Source of the DNA: Trypanosoma brucei
Lineage: Eukaryota
Reading direction: 5' to 3'
Assembly (NCBI GenBank): GCA_000002445.1
Contig: CH464491.1
Coordinates: 1,184,001 to 1,248,000 of the forward strand
Length of the DNA stretch: 64,000 nt
Below are positions 50,407 through 61,800 of this stretch, piece by piece (the stretch's first letter is position 1; each line of letters starts with the position of its first letter). A program made the translations under genes and the position numbers. A model generated the notes under the pieces. It ran no database searches, was not told the origin of the DNA, and saw only the letters and a program-made list of their open reading frames with translations.

Positions 50407-53232
50407 CTACGGGTCAAAGGCTTGTGCAGTGAGGCGGCTCCCCTGCAGAAGTATGGCCTGCTTTTGTTCGAGATCCTTCTGCAGTAAGGCGAATTCCGAT
50501 CTGCGTTCCACTACAGTCCCCAATTCCCGCTTAAGGTGCTTCATTAGCTCCTGCACCTCGCCACGACGCCGCTGCAAGAGCTCGAAATCGTGACGCAAGA
50601 TTGATTTTGCCCCTTCCAATTTTGCTATGCACAGCACCGCATCCAGCTGCTGAGACATCGTCTTCTCCTGCTCTGACATAAGTGATAGCAACTCCTCAAA
50701 TAACTTCACCCAACGCCCATCCACTCCCCGCCGCGCCGTTGTGACACGCACACGCTCCTTCTCCACAGCATTATAGACATTGTCCCGTTGGCTGCGCAAT
50801 GCCGCAAGGCGAGTAGCGAGGGTGTGACCCTTGTTAGCAATGTTTCGTAGGACACAGACGTTAGTTGAGGCGACAGGAAGCTGGGTCTGCCCAACCCCCG
50901 CGTGATCAGAACCTATACCGGTAGCGGCAAAGTCACCGATCAATTCTTGAACTGAAAGCTCCTCGAAACCCCACTGAAGCAGTTCCCTTTGTTCATGTTC
51001 CCACGCTGTACGTGTAAGCTCTACGCTGGCTACGCGTGATTCCTGTAAAACGTGGTGCTGCCGCGCGCACTGAACAGCTTCTTGTAGCTTCTCACTGATT
51101 TGCTCGCGGAGCTCGCCACAACGTAACCGCGTGCCGCTCAACTCGTTTTGTCGTCTCTGCGTATCGTCAAGAAGCGACAAAACAACAGCCTCCTTCTCTT
51201 GTATACCCATGCGCAGATCAAGCATATCATCCATTAGTAAGGACATCACACCCTCCGCCTGAGAACGAAGGGTTTTGTTCCATAATTTTTGACCTTCAAG
51301 TTGTTCTCGTATGGAACTCTCCAACTTCCTGACGGATGCAACGACAAAATCGGCCCTGGATGTGCATATATTTTTTATTTCTTCCTTTTTTCTTGAAGTT
51401 TTGCTCTCGGAGTCACGCAGCCGGCCCAGCTGGTCTCTCAACGTGTCCAGCTCCGCGCTATGAAGTTTCTCAAGACAACCCAGCTCCATCCCACAACGGC
51501 TCTGTTGCTCCACATATTGACTCCGCGCAACGCTGTCGTCGCTGGCCCTCACTGCCGCAGCCTTGCGATCGGCACATTCAATAGCTTCTAGCGTTAATTT
51601 TTGAAATCTCCGTGCAGCCTCATTGGCTTTTGTTGAAATGTCGTTCATGCGAGATTCCATTCGCTGTTTGGCAAGTTCACGAAGTTTTTCAGTCGCCTGC
51701 CGAAGTCCATCGCGTACCTCTGTGGTTCTTTTGGACCTCTGCTGGGCGCGGTTGTTGAAAAAATCGAGGTATGTCGACGCCATCTCTCGGAAAAAGGTAT
51801 TCAGCAGTTCCTTTCTCGCGGTCGCGTCCTGCAAATATGACAGCGTGTGATTATGTCGTACCTCACGAGCCACTTCATTGGTTTCTTTATGCAAGTAATC
51901 AACAACACTACCTGCAATTGACGCGAGTCTCTCCTTATTCCACTGCTGAAACAGACGGAGGGCGGCAGATATTTTCACCTCAATGTTGGTACCACCACCC
52001 GCCTCACTTTCGCTGTCATTAGCATAGCTACTAGCAGACATTCTGTCCTCTTCATCAGTAAGGGCAACTAAAATTCCCTCCTCATCGAATCTATGGTTTT
52101 GTAGCAACAGCTCTCGCTGCTGCTGCATACGCTTTATTCTTTCTTGAGTGTTTTCTATACTGGTTGCAAACGATTTCAACTGACCTTGATACACTTCACT
52201 TGTTGCAACAGTTATCTCGTCAGATTGCTGTCTCAGTAAACGTATGGTATTCTCCTCAAGAGATTCAATGCGTTTCCGGTTCTGTTCCTCCAACGTTTGC
52301 CGTTCAGCAACCAAAGAAACCTCACCTGATTCAAGCTGCATTTCCTTCTGGATAATCGCAGTTTCCAGCTCTATTAGTTCAGTGTCTGACTTTATTTGAA
52401 GCAGGTTTATTTTACTCTGAACCTCACGGAGCTCGATTTCAACCGCGTCCAACGACGCCAGAAGATCCCGCTGTTCAGCTCGCCGTCTTGCTTCTTCTTT
52501 GTTTACCTCCACAACTCCCTCTTCCTCCCCCCACTTTGGTGCTTTTCGAGCCTCGGAGGAGGTTGATGTAGTTGGTTTCCGCCTAGACGGTACAGGACCC
52601 TCCAAAAAAGCCAAAGGGTCATCATCGTCGATATACAATGTATCATTGTTTCCAACGCCACTTAGTAGAGACGCACCCCCTTCAGCACGCGTCGCCGCTC
52701 CTGTTGTCGACATTGGGGATGCCTGCCACCTTCCAGCTGTTGGGGCGAGAAATGACAAAGAATCTTCTTCCCTTTTAGTTGCTGACGTTTGTGGCAGGTC
52801 GTCGTCTAATTCCCATGGAAGGGATTCCTTCGTCACCGCTTTCGCACCAGCTGTGGATTGGGACGCCACCTCCGACCCTTGTTGCCGCCGTCCAGCTCTT
52901 CTGCCAACTCGATTCTCCTCTCCAACAAAAGAAGCGCTTGCTGCAGCAGCGGATGTCTCCAGCGTTGGCACAGGTGTGGTGACTGAAGGGTTCGGTTGCT
53001 TTGCTAACGGTTTCGGCATCTGTGCCATCACGGCTTCAAGCGATTTCAGGTCATCCGCGAAGAGATCGTCAAAGTTCATCGTCAGTCCCACCAAACCGCG
53101 GACCTCTAGACAAACAGCTATGTGAAGAAATAAAAGAGAGGAGGAGAGATTCTTTAAAAATAGAAGACACCTGGAGGTGAACATGCAACCGTGTTGCGGA
53201 AGTAAAACTTCTAGGAAAGCATAGCACAACAA
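50407..53232 (-). CDS. long coiled-coil protein, 941 aa for the longest ORF; the likely true start is at 53079 (MNFDDLFADDL...)
   Basis: Extended heptad-rich sequence with Q/E/L/R-rich segments throughout. The first 51 codons of the longest ORF are hydrophobic junk-like, so the downstream ATG is more plausible. Confidence 0.65.
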   Translation of the reverse strand: MLCYAFLEVLLPQHGCMFTSRCLLFLKNLSSSLLFLHIAVCLEVRGLVGLTMNFDDLFADDLKSLEAVMAQMPKPLAKQPNPSVTTPVPTLETSAAAASASFVGEENRVGRRAGRRQQGSEVASQSTAGAKAVTKESLPWELDDDLPQTSATKREEDSLSFLAPTAGRWQASPMSTTGAATRAEGGASLLSGVGNNDTLYIDDDDPLAFLEGPVPSRRKPTTSTSSEARKAPKWGEEEGVVEVNKEEARRRAEQRDLLASLDAVEIELREVQSKINLLQIKSDTELIELETAIIQKEMQLESGEVSLVAERQTLEEQNRKRIESLEENTIRLLRQQSDEITVATSEVYQGQLKSFATSIENTQERIKRMQQQRELLLQNHRFDEEGILVALTDEEDRMSASSYANDSESEAGGGTNIEVKISAALRLFQQWNKERLASIAGSVVDYLHKETNEVAREVRHNHTLSYLQDATARKELLNTFFREMASTYLDFFNNRAQQRSKRTTEVRDGLRQATEKLRELAKQRMESRMNDISTKANEAARRFQKLTLEAIECADRKAAAVRASDDSVARSQYVEQQSRCGMELGCLEKLHSAELDTLRDQLGRLRDSESKTSRKKEEIKNICTSRADFVVASVRKLESSIREQLEGQKLWNKTLRSQAEGVMSLLMDDMLDLRMGIQEKEAVVLSLLDDTQRRQNELSGTRLRCGELREQISEKLQEAVQCARQHHVLQESRVASVELTRTAWEHEQRELLQWGFEELSVQELIGDFAATGIGSDHAGVGQTQLPVASTNVCVLRNIANKGHTLATRLAALRSQRDNVYNAVEKERVRVTTARRGVDGRWVKLFEELLSLMSEQEKTMSQQLDAVLCIAKLEGAKSILRHDFELLQRRRGEVQELMKHLKRELGTVVERRSEFALLQKDLEQKQAILLQGSRLTAQAFDP

Positions 53233-53807
53233 AAGTACACCGTGACGCCCCCAATATAACGTCGCAAGCCCTCATACCGTGAAAAAGAACGAACCTCCTC
53301 GTCCGTCCTCCCCCGAGACTGTCCATTACACGCCCACTAATGGAGGTGAGGACACCGATATCTACATACTCACATATTCAACATTTCATATTGTTTGTAC
53401 GTATGCAACACATTTCCTTTCATTCAAGTCATTCAGTGTAAATCCACACACACAGACAGTGTGGGATGCCCTTCAGCAAGATACTGGAAGAAGATCAGAT
53501 GATTAAAATGCCATGAGTGATTGTTTGAACATAAGTCGGCAGCAAAAATAAAGCATGACGCAGAAAACAACAAAAAACAGAATAAGGGGAATAAAATAGT
53601 GAGTGTCTCGAAAGGCAGTGTACAAAGCAGTTTGGGAAAAAATGTCACATCAAACACTTCAGCACACTACCGTAAGCGTGAACAGAGTGAGGGAACATCA
53701 TCTAAATATAACGGCAGTAAGGCGTTCATAGCATGCAAAGGTGCGACCACGCAGCGACAATACTTTATAAACTCACTCACGTGGGTGTCTCCTGGGAGAT
53801 GGAAGCG

Positions 53808-55529
53808 TCAGTTAGCTGTGACTGGCTCCGGTTCATCGACGTTTTCACCACCGGTCTTAGACAAAGGCTGATAACATGTCTGATTGATAAAGAAGAGCAA
53901 CGCTTTTATTATCTTTTCCTTATCATCCCACGACAGGTCGTTCAAATACACCCCCTTACCGTCTTCGCCGAGGTTTATGTGTAATCTGCTATCCACGTTC
54001 TCTACAGTACCTCTAACGGGTGCGTCCTGCGTTGGCTTGATACCATTACTATGGGCACGCCGCAGAGGCGCAGGTCTTTCCTGTCGGGCCTGCTTCCCAG
54101 CGGCTGAAGTAGCGGATGCGCAAACCTCCTGAACAGGAGGTGGGGGTGCAGGAACGCACGGACTATGTGGCTGCAATCTAGTCTCTCCTGTGGATGCAGA
54201 CAAAACCGCTGAGTTCCGTGAACTTAGGTTTGGCTCCGCTTGCTGTGCCTTTTGAGGTGGGGACAGTTGCGGAAGTTTAGAGCTAAAACTAGCGCACTGT
54301 TTCAGCGTCGAGTTAGAATGCAGCGACATACTTGGCGACGTGTGGCTTGTTGAATGTGGCGTGTTCCCCCTATTTTTCGAAGACTTTGTACGCATCTTGC
54401 GCACATCATTTAACGCAACATAGAAAAATTTTTCCAAGTCAGACCTCTGTTCTACAATTTTTGACGCAGCATACCTCATCCGCTGCAGCTCGGTTCGGTG
54501 GCATCGCAGCGAGCTCTGTGTCTCCGCAAGTGCCTTTTCCAGCGCCTGAATTTTCCCCTCATACTGGCGGGAAAGCTCTTCACGAAGCGATTTCTTCTCC
54601 TGCAAAAGCTCCTTCACGTGCTGTTCCAACCGCTGTGTCTTCATTTGCATTTCACATGAACGTTTGTTGCTATTAGCAATGCGCCGAAGAGCCTCCTCAC
54701 ATGCGTGCTGATGCAAGTCCCCTTTTCTCCGCTCGTCCACAAACTCTGCAGCTTTCATCGTTGTCAACTGCATCAACTCGTCAATATCCTTGACGAGACG
54801 GGTGCGCTCCTCCTGCAGTTCCCTGTAGTTCTTCAAAAGTTCATGAGATTTCTTCTCCAACAGCAGCGAAGATTCATGTTCCACACGCGCCTGATGGGAC
54901 TCACGCATCGTCTCCTCAAGTGCAAGTAGTCGCATTTTTCGGTCGACTGTCTGAAACCGGAGAGCTGAAAGTTCGCTTTCGTGCCGAGCGGTCATTTCTT
55001 CTATTTGGTCACGCAGCCGCTGTACCTCCAAGCGGCTCTCTTCGCGAAGGTGTATGCTCCGTGCACAGGCCCGCATCTCAGTCTGTAATCGCTGCGTTAG
55101 TGCTGCATACTGAGCAACCTGTTCGTCGCGCTCACCCAACATCTGAGTATATTGCCTCCGAACAGCCTCCGTAGCTTCATTACCCTCGTGTTGGAGTCGG
55201 TTTATTTCATTCTGTTGCTCCATCACAGTATTCCGTGCCTCTTCCAACTTTTCCTTGAGGTGCTCCACCACCTTGATAGACTCCTCTTCCTGCCTCTGCA
55301 ATTCCAACCGTAGCTGCTCATTCTCTCGGGCCATAACCTCACAGCTGCGGGCGTAATCATTCATTGCCGCCTTAGCAACACGCAGATCAACGTTGGCAAA
55401 AGTGGAGATAACAGTATCGCCGCTTGGAACTGCATTGGTGCGCTGCGGAGCCTCCGGCGTGGAGAGTCGATTCCGCCGCCCCGAACCCGGGGATACTCTA
55501 GACTGCATTGTCTTGTTAACAGAATTCAC
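53808..55529 (-). CDS. coiled-coil protein, 573 aa
   Basis: The central 300 aa run as a continuous predicted coiled coil: ENEQLRLELQRQEEESIKVVEHLKEKLEEARNTVMEQQNEINRLQHE.... The C-terminus is Ser/Pro-rich. Confidence 0.65.
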   Translation of the reverse strand: MNSVNKTMQSRVSPGSGRRNRLSTPEAPQRTNAVPSGDTVISTFANVDLRVAKAAMNDYARSCEVMARENEQLRLELQRQEEESIKVVEHLKEKLEEARNTVMEQQNEINRLQHEGNEATEAVRRQYTQMLGERDEQVAQYAALTQRLQTEMRACARSIHLREESRLEVQRLRDQIEEMTARHESELSALRFQTVDRKMRLLALEETMRESHQARVEHESSLLLEKKSHELLKNYRELQEERTRLVKDIDELMQLTTMKAAEFVDERRKGDLHQHACEEALRRIANSNKRSCEMQMKTQRLEQHVKELLQEKKSLREELSRQYEGKIQALEKALAETQSSLRCHRTELQRMRYAASKIVEQRSDLEKFFYVALNDVRKMRTKSSKNRGNTPHSTSHTSPSMSLHSNSTLKQCASFSSKLPQLSPPQKAQQAEPNLSSRNSAVLSASTGETRLQPHSPCVPAPPPPVQEVCASATSAAGKQARQERPAPLRRAHSNGIKPTQDAPVRGTVENVDSRLHINLGEDGKGVYLNDLSWDDKEKIIKALLFFINQTCYQPLSKTGGENVDEPEPVTAN

Positions 55530-55794
55530 AAGCTTTCTACCACTCCTATTTCCTTCTTAACCCGTGAAGCTCCCCTGCTATTGTTCTGCTTTCGCTTTTG
55601 CGTGACTCAAATACGTGTTTTCTCCCCTTTGAAGCACCGCTTCCGCGCCCTCCTTTACAGATCCAAAAGGGAGAGACCTAACTGAAAAAAGGTAGAATCT
55701 TTCTCGCACCAACACAATGGGTGCAACCACCACAAACTGCTTTTGTAGAATTCCTACGCACACTACCACACACCTCGTAATTCAGGCGCAAATA

Positions 55795-55955
55795 ATAAAG
55801 AATTGACGCGCGAAGGCGTGGCACCATCAAGCAAAAGGAGAAGTCGGGAAAATGGACGCAAGAGGAAGAAAGGGTGGGAAAACAAAGCAAGACAACGGAT
55901 GCAGGGAACCACTAGGGAACACATGCAAAGGGGAAGGGAAAAAGGAGAAGTGGTC
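55795..55955 (-). promoter_or_regulatory. Polypyrimidine-rich region (coding strand) upstream of the 53808..55529 gene
   Basis: The + strand reads gcgaaggcgtggcaccatcaagcaaaaggagaagtcgggaaaatggacgcaagaggaagaaagggtgggaaaacaaagcaagacaacggatgcagggaaccactagggaacacatgcaaaggggaagggaaaaaggagaag. Confidence 0.4.
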
Positions 55956-56664
55956 ATGCTCCTTTTTCAAGTATTCTTTTGCGGCAGTAAAATAAGTGAA
56001 CTGATCCATATTCCCAAAAGTGGATGTAAAAAAAAAAAAACGTAGTCGTATCGAGGGAAGAGCTCCCCTAGGACATGAGAACAACAATTAAAAGAACGAG
56101 AAGGCTAAAGTTGATTTTTAAAAAAAGTATGTAACACTTGTTACCCCCTCTTTTCAGCTGCTCGCACTCACGCCACACCCGCCTTATACATTTCTTCTTC
56201 CCCGCCTCCCCCTCCACGGTTTTTTCCTTAAATGCCGCTGCCCCACTTCCAGTGTGGAGGCCGTCACCTTCTGCCATGAACGGGATCTGCACCGGTGGCT
56301 GTGTTACTACCTAATTCGTTTTCCGTAATTCTTACGATGAAGGTATGGAAACAATAAGCGCCTTTCGTCGGAGCCTGTGCCAGTGGGTTCCAAGGCTGTC
56401 AGAGAACCTTATTTACCATAGGAGGTATCGCAATGCGTTAATCTTTTAACCATGTTGCCCTGGGACCATTGCAAACACCATTTCAGTATCCCGACGGGGG
56501 TGGTGACACCTACCCTTCTTCCTCGTGAGCACATTACGGAACCCTATGGCACTACAATGATGTGTCACGGGTCGTCAGGATCCCACTACATTACACTAAT
56601 GGATATCAACCCCCCCCCCAAAAAAAAGGAGCAACCAGCTCGGTTTACCTTAACAGTGTCGCGT

Positions 56665-57438
56665 TTACTGACCACTATCCTCTTCTTCGCCCTCCTCATC
56701 GTCATCACCCTCAATCCAGCGCCGCTCCTGCTCAAGTCGGTCAGCGGAACGCCTCTCGTTGCGTTGCACAAACGGGTTCGATGGATCCTTCTGCCACATC
56801 TCCCACAGTAAATCGTTGTACTGCGAACGTCTCAAACCAGGTCGCTCCTCTCGTAACCTGGGAAGTTGTTCCTCACAGAATAGCCGGTAAAGGACGCGAG
56901 CGCGCTTGCCAATATGACGGTCCTCGGGCACCACCTGTTCCCCCGGATTCCGGAGTTGCAGAGCCGAGAGAGCTTCATTCAAGGGACCCTCAGCGACCGC
57001 ACCACCTTTGCTCCAGTCTCCTGGTTTCTTCAAATTCCCCGCTGAAGGGTCGCCGGCGCCTCCAGCCGCAAGTTGACTTTGGTTCTCCCTTGGTTCCACC
57101 TGCTTTTTCCTATCGTAATCTGCGAGCACCTTCGACAGGTCCTTTTGCATCTGGCGCCGTGAAACCTTCTGTGGCACTTTTGCACTGAGTTCCTGTTCCT
57201 CCTGTAGAAGTAACTCTTTTTTGAGCGCACGCTGCTCCGCTTGGCGCTGAGCCTTCTCCTCAGCCTCACGTTGTTTTGCCTGCTTCTTCAGTGCTTTGGC
57301 ATCACTTTCAGCCCACAGCGCATCCTCCTCTTCCTGTCGCTTTTTTGCTTTAATTTGGGCGCTGCGCTCTTGTTCACGCTCACGGGCCTCCACAGCGTGG
57401 CGGTTCATAAATTTGTTAGCCTTTGCTCCGCTCGGCAT
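56665..57438 (-). CDS. CCDC124/Lso2-like protein (ribosome-associated), 258 aa from the ATG at 57438; the longest ORF extends to 57618
   Basis: N-terminus MPSGAKANKFMNRHAVEAREREQERSAQIKAKKRQEEEDALW, a basic coiled coil. The C-terminus EDRHIGKRARVLYRLFCEEQLPRLREERPGLRRSQYNDLLWEMWQKDPSNPF matches the CCDC124 C-terminal signature (HPE.R.KAA...FEE..LP.LK.E.PGLR.SQ.....K.W.KSP.NP). The 60 codons upstream of MPSGAK are hydrophobic and non-protein-like. Confidence 0.8.
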   Translation of the reverse strand: MPSGAKANKFMNRHAVEAREREQERSAQIKAKKRQEEEDALWAESDAKALKKQAKQREAEEKAQRQAEQRALKKELLLQEEQELSAKVPQKVSRRQMQKDLSKVLADYDRKKQVEPRENQSQLAAGGAGDPSAGNLKKPGDWSKGGAVAEGPLNEALSALQLRNPGEQVVPEDRHIGKRARVLYRLFCEEQLPRLREERPGLRRSQYNDLLWEMWQKDPSNPFVQRNERRSADRLEQERRWIEGDDDEEGEEEDSGQ

Positions 57439-57645
57439 GATGAATATCCAATACTTTCGTCTGAAGGATGCATCATCAAAGAGATGGAAAAGACTGTGCA
57501 AAAGGGCTCGATAATTACAAAGCACAAAAGAAACACAGTAAGAGGTGAGTATCGAAGGCCAAACACGTGACAGCACGCAATGAAAAATCAACGCGATCAG
57601 CAGTGGCACGCCCACCATACGGGGATGTGCGCACGCTCCCCCATT

Positions 57646-58392
57646 TTAACGGTGCAAACGCACTGCAAGCACACAACCGTCGTGTACTACAGGTCGAAGA
57701 TAGAGTCCTTGGGCTGCAGCCGCACGACAGCTCTCCGCTATGACACGCACGAGCTGAACTCCATCTGAATCACTGTGGTACAGTGAGGAGCGCCGATTTA
57801 GAAGCGACGCTGCTGCGTTTTCAAGTATAACTAATGAAGAGGGAGTTAAAGGAGACCGGGCTGTAGTACCCGTTGGGTACGCACAGAACACCATCACCTT
57901 CCCCACGGCAGCGCTTCCACGGTGCAATTCCGGCACCTCGTGGCCATCGTACAGATGCATGGACTGAATCACGTCATCAACTCTGCGGTGAGCGCTGCGA
58001 TTCCGCTCCGAGGCGTCAAAAAAACTTGTCTGTATTCCAGTCACATCAACAAGACGACGCGAACGAAAAGAGGCTGGCGTGGCGGAAGTACTCTTTACAA
58101 CAACATCACCAGGGTAGAGAGGCGGAAGTGAGGCAACACACGATGCAGGTAACTTCCTTCCAAAGCGCCGTTCATAGTAACTATTGCCGAGAAAAGTTAG
58201 CGGGGTACCGCAGTGGTTTGTGCTGTCCTCACTTCCCGTCAAGGGCATATACACAAGTGAGCCTGCAAACCCACTTGGCTTTCCCCAGTAACATCGGCCG
58301 CTAAGCTTTACGGGAACATTCATGTAAAGCACTGACGCCAGCTTTGCAAACAAAGAAAAAAGAATAGAACAGAATCGAAGACATGTAAACAC
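57646..58392 (-). CDS. hypothetical protein, up to 248 aa (start uncertain; an internal Met gives MNVPVKLSGRCYWGK...)
   Basis: ORF in register with the cluster and not low-complexity. No family recognised. Confidence 0.45.
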   Translation of the reverse strand: MFTCLRFCSILFSLFAKLASVLYMNVPVKLSGRCYWGKPSGFAGSLVYMPLTGSEDSTNHCGTPLTFLGNSYYERRFGRKLPASCVASLPPLYPGDVVVKSTSATPASFRSRRLVDVTGIQTSFFDASERNRSAHRRVDDVIQSMHLYDGHEVPELHRGSAAVGKVMVFCAYPTGTTARSPLTPSSLVILENAAASLLNRRSSLYHSDSDGVQLVRVIAESCRAAAAQGLYLRPVVHDGCVLAVRLHR

Positions 58393-58789
58393 GCTCTCCT
58401 TTGAACGAGTGTGTGCACACAGCTAAGTGATATCCTGTCAACTAATTTTTCCTCAAAAGCGGTGGGATGCAAGCAGAGAAAAGCGTTGAACCTCTCCCTC
58501 TTACGCAAATGGTCGCCAACAACAACTGCAATACGCAGAACAAAGATAAGTGCCCGAAGTAACGACGATAGCACCGGGCGCATGCACGTCCATATACCTG
58601 TAAAGACTTAGCCACACACGTACGCGCGTAATTCCCACCTGGAACCCAAGTCGTCGCTGATATCACTGCATATAGCACCAGCTCCGGTAGCACTGAAGCA
58701 TTTAAACAGGGGAGCATAGGAACTGGTATCTCCTAACACACCATACTGCAATGCTGATTTCGGAATTTCGCTCCCCTATTTTCCACTCC

Positions 58790-58815
58790 ACCCCCCCCCC
58801 CCCACACACACACAC
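58790..58815. repeat. C14 homopolymer followed by (CA)6, about 25 nt downstream of the helicase stop codon
   Basis: cccccccccccccc acacacacacac. Confidence 0.85.
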
Positions 58816-58840
58816 GACCACCTTAACAGCGCACGCTGAC

Positions 58841-61800
58841 TCACTCGCGAGATGGGACCGAGACCCTAAAGTTGTACTGCTGATCTAGCCCAACGTAGGA
58901 ATCACATACAACGTACAGACTAAGGGGCACCGAGCCGTTTTCTGCAAAAGAGGTCCAATCGTCGTCCCAATCAAATCGAAGTGTTGTCGCTGTTGTGGCA
59001 TTACCCATCAAGCGGCCCACACGCTTCATAGCAATCAACTCTCCTGTATGCTCACTTCCAATAACCAACCAGTACTGCTCATCCTTCGATTTAGTAAAGT
59101 GGGGTGCGACAACATGCCGAATAGGCGTGGAAAGCCTTGTGAGGTACGCCGTCAGCTCATAACCATCCCCCTCTTCGTCATCGTCCATCCCATCACCTCT
59201 CTTGACCATCACCTCTTCAGTTGCGTGACCATCATCAACGACCGTACGAGACAGGCGTATATGCACATCGATCAATGGAAAGCTGCGCACCGCCTCCATC
59301 GCTTCGCGGACCTCCTTGTCCCCAAGACCACAGTGGTCGCACAAGGTCTCATGGAGTTTCGTAAGGGCCGACAGTGGACTGTTCACCAATTGTGATACGT
59401 GATGGAGTCCGGCACAGTGCTCCGCAATAATAGGAAGCATCGTGTCGGTCACGTGAGGTATCTGCAACAGTGTGTTGGAGTGCCACCACAATCCTTGCAC
59501 AATACACTGTAAGAGAGACATACAGCGGAGCGACGTGTGTAAGTGGCCATTATTTGCTGTTATGTCAACCATCGCCTGCACAACACGCATGGCGTTGTCG
59601 AGGGTCGATTTTTGATCGGTGTAGTAGTCGGATATTGGCAGGTTGCAACGCTCAAAGTGAGCCTGGAAGAGAAGAAACGCTTTCACGTGCGGAGAGTCCG
59701 CATTGTTTGCTTTGATGGGGAGTGGAAGGGCTTGGCTCAAAGTAAGATTCAGTTTGTCTTCATTGTGCCTCACGGGAAGTTCTTCAAACTCATCCGCTTC
59801 ACATAGTGCCTTCAGGACATCCACGTGGGTGCTATTTTCATTGATATTTGTATCGAAGTAATAAACTGTTTTATGTGAAAGATAGTAGTAAGAACACAGC
59901 TTGCCAAGCACAGTGTAAGTCAACGCATTGGGATCAGCATCTGCGTCGCACCCATCGCTTTGGCAATGCTCGATACATCCACACTGCTCAAGTTCGTCAA
60001 GAACGTTGGCGACAAGGGTGGACATAAAGATCGTTACCGACGCTGGTGACCGATCCGAAAGTCCATAATACGACGGATTCTTCACGATACGACGAAACAT
60101 ATAGGTCCACGTCAAGTAGTCTACAGCGTCTTGCCGGGTCTTAATCGTTCCTGACACGATTTCAGCATTGATGTGAGTGTGTAGTTGTCTGTGAAGTGCG
60201 CTCTCAACTGGGAAAGGGTCGTAGAGAAATTTTCGGTAGAAACCCTTCTTCGGCTCGTGACAAAGCACCTGCGCCACACCCTCCGTATCGAACTGAGGCC
60301 TTCCCGCACGGCCAATCATCTGTAGTACGTCAGTAATTGGGAAGTCCACATATGTTTTTGTCTTCCCGTCATAATACTCCGTACCCTTCACAACCACCAT
60401 ATGTGCGGGGAAGTTGACTCCCCACGCAAGTGTGGAGGTTGCCACTAGAACCTGTAGCTTGCCCTTGAGAAAAGCGGACTCCACCACCGTGCGATCACCC
60501 TCCAGCAAACCGGCGTGGTGCACACCAACGCCAAACTGCATGCAGTGCTTTACGTATGGGTCGCTTACTTTTGCCACGTACGCGTTGACCTCTTCCACAT
60601 CCATACGTACAAACTTGGCAGTATTCTGTTCCATCACCAGAAAACCGATTAGTGCCATTGCCGTAAGCCTCGTTTGCCGACGGGAGGAAACAAAAACAAT
60701 GACGGGCTTGTTTGGGCTCTTCTCGCAGATGGCGTTGTAAACAGGCTTATTCATAGCCGCCATTCGAGGACAGTAATTCCTGCCATGATACCCCGCAATA
60801 TGTACCCGCATGGGCACCGGCCTCACCGACGGGTCGAAGTTGAACACTGCCCACTTGTGCGAAACGCCCAACCACGAAGTAAGATCTGCGGGATTAGCGA
60901 CAGCAGTAGAAAGGCCAATGAGACGAATAGGAGCATTGCGATGCCAACCAATAAAGCGCATACGACTTACAATCACTTCAAGAATAGGACCACGGTCGGA
61001 CCCAAGCATGTGTATTTCATCAAAAATTACAAGCCGCACTGCTGTGACGTAGCGCCTTACCTGCCAACTCCGTGAAAGCCCGTCCCATTTCTCTGGAGTT
61101 GTGCACAGTATGTCTGCCTGCACAAGTGCAGTGATATCAGGTGTAACATCGCCAGATAATTCCAAGACACGCCGGCCCAAGCGCCGAGAAAAACGGGCCA
61201 TCCAGTCCTTCACCCGCTCTTTTACCAGCGCCTTAAGCGGCGCTATGTACACAACCTTAGATCCTACTGGATATTTCTCGAAAAGGCGTAGTATAGACAT
61301 TTCAGCAGCAATAGTCTTTCCGCTTCCGGTTGGAGCTCCAAGGAAGATGCTGCTGTCGGTGTGATACATGGCGTGAAACACTTGCGTCTGTACAGGGTTA
61401 AACTCCCGGAAACTCTCATAGATGGTATGGTACTTCTCCGGTATCACCTCACGGCGAAGCGGCGCAAGAGGAAGCAGGGGTGTCGTTTTCTGAGAGTCAT
61501 CAGGTAGGTGCAGATGGCCAATAGAAAAGGAGTATTCCTCCTGAGAACCGAGCCACCGGTCGCTGTAAAGCCGAACGGAATACATATCATACTCGGCTAC
61601 GATTGGAACAGAGAGATTCACGACCTGTGGCAGGCCAGCCTCCACCTCTTTACGTTTTAACGAGATAAGCTCGTGATGGAAAATGAAGTGGTTGTCCTGA
61701 TCTTCAACCAGTAACCAAAATGGTTCCACGGAGCCGTGATATCGACTATTCCACGAGAACGTTGCAGAGATTGTCACCTTAACACGGAGAATAGTACATG

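Noticed and set aside
53080-53232. N-terminal 51 codons of the longest ORF for the 941-aa coiled-coil protein
   Set aside because: MLCYAFLEVLLPQHGCMFTSRCLLFLKNLSSSLLFLHIAVCLEVRGLVGLT is hydrophobic, Cys/Leu-rich and non-protein-like. The downstream ATG (MNFDDLFADDLKSLEA, 53079) begins a plausible acidic N-terminus.
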